Origin: Cenococcum geophilum
Lineage: Eukaryota
Reading direction: 5' to 3'
Length of the DNA: 64,000 bases
Assembly: GCA_050273025.1 (NCBI GenBank)
Contig: CP158635.1
Location: 24,676,001 to 24,740,000, forward strand
Positions 63,649 to 64,000 of this stretch are shown here, piece after piece; the first letter of the stretch is position 1, and every line of letters starts with the position of its first letter. Below the pieces are notes generated by a model. It ran no database searches. It saw only the letters and a program-made list of their open reading frames with translations, and was not told the DNA's origin. Both the position numbers and the translations under genes were made by a program.

Positions 63649-64000
63649 TAGATCCTATTTATACTTAGTTTACTTTTAGCTAATACCTAGTTTATTTCTT
63701 TTTCTTTATATGCTATAAAAATATATTCTCTAGGTATTCCTACCACTATTATTTATTTAGGCATTCTTCTACAAGGAATCTTTTTTATTAAAGTATTAAA
63801 TTCTCTAATCCTTAGATACTAGCTATATATATACTTAGTATTTCTATATAATTGCTTATCTAGCGACTAATATATCCTTATTAAACACTTCTAACTTTTT
63901 ACCTTTAGTGCTTAGTATATACTATACTAGTTATCTATATATATAATATATAATAATATATAATACACTAAGTGCTTTAGGCTAACTCTTAGCTTATCTT
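63649..64000 (-). mobile_element. Family B, copy 4, internal fragment running off the window
   Basis: Matches ~39630-39900 and continues with similarity to ~45900-45960. Confidence 0.8.

Noticed and set aside
1..64000. Centromere assignment, species identity, or insertion-orientation bias
   Set aside because: Compatible with heterochromatin but not decidable from this window, and there are too few insertions to test strand bias.

Overview
Gene-free, AT-rich repeat block from a filamentous ascomycete genome, heavily mutated by repeat-induced point mutation (RIP: CpA/TpG to TpA, stop codons throughout, almost no ORFs). About 97% of the window resolves into nested transposons, most with readable target-site duplications (TSDs). 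These are four pieces of one Gypsy/chromovirus family (B), two other Gypsy families (A, C), three Copia elements, a pol-less LTR element (D), solo LTRs, a full-length Tad1-like LINE, a short LINE-tailed retroelement, a Fot1/pogo transposon and a piggyBac-like transposon. No intact host gene was found. Most notable: (1) family B carries an antisense, intron-containing ORF between pol and the 3' LTR that de-RIPs to a Zn(II)2Cys6-like cluster plus coiled coil; (2) the same palindromic modules recur in the 3' regions of unrelated Copia and Gypsy elements; (3) the Copia elements have a palindrome where the tRNA primer site should be. Family letters are my own labels. Protein motifs were read by manually reversing RIP, so they are inferences.
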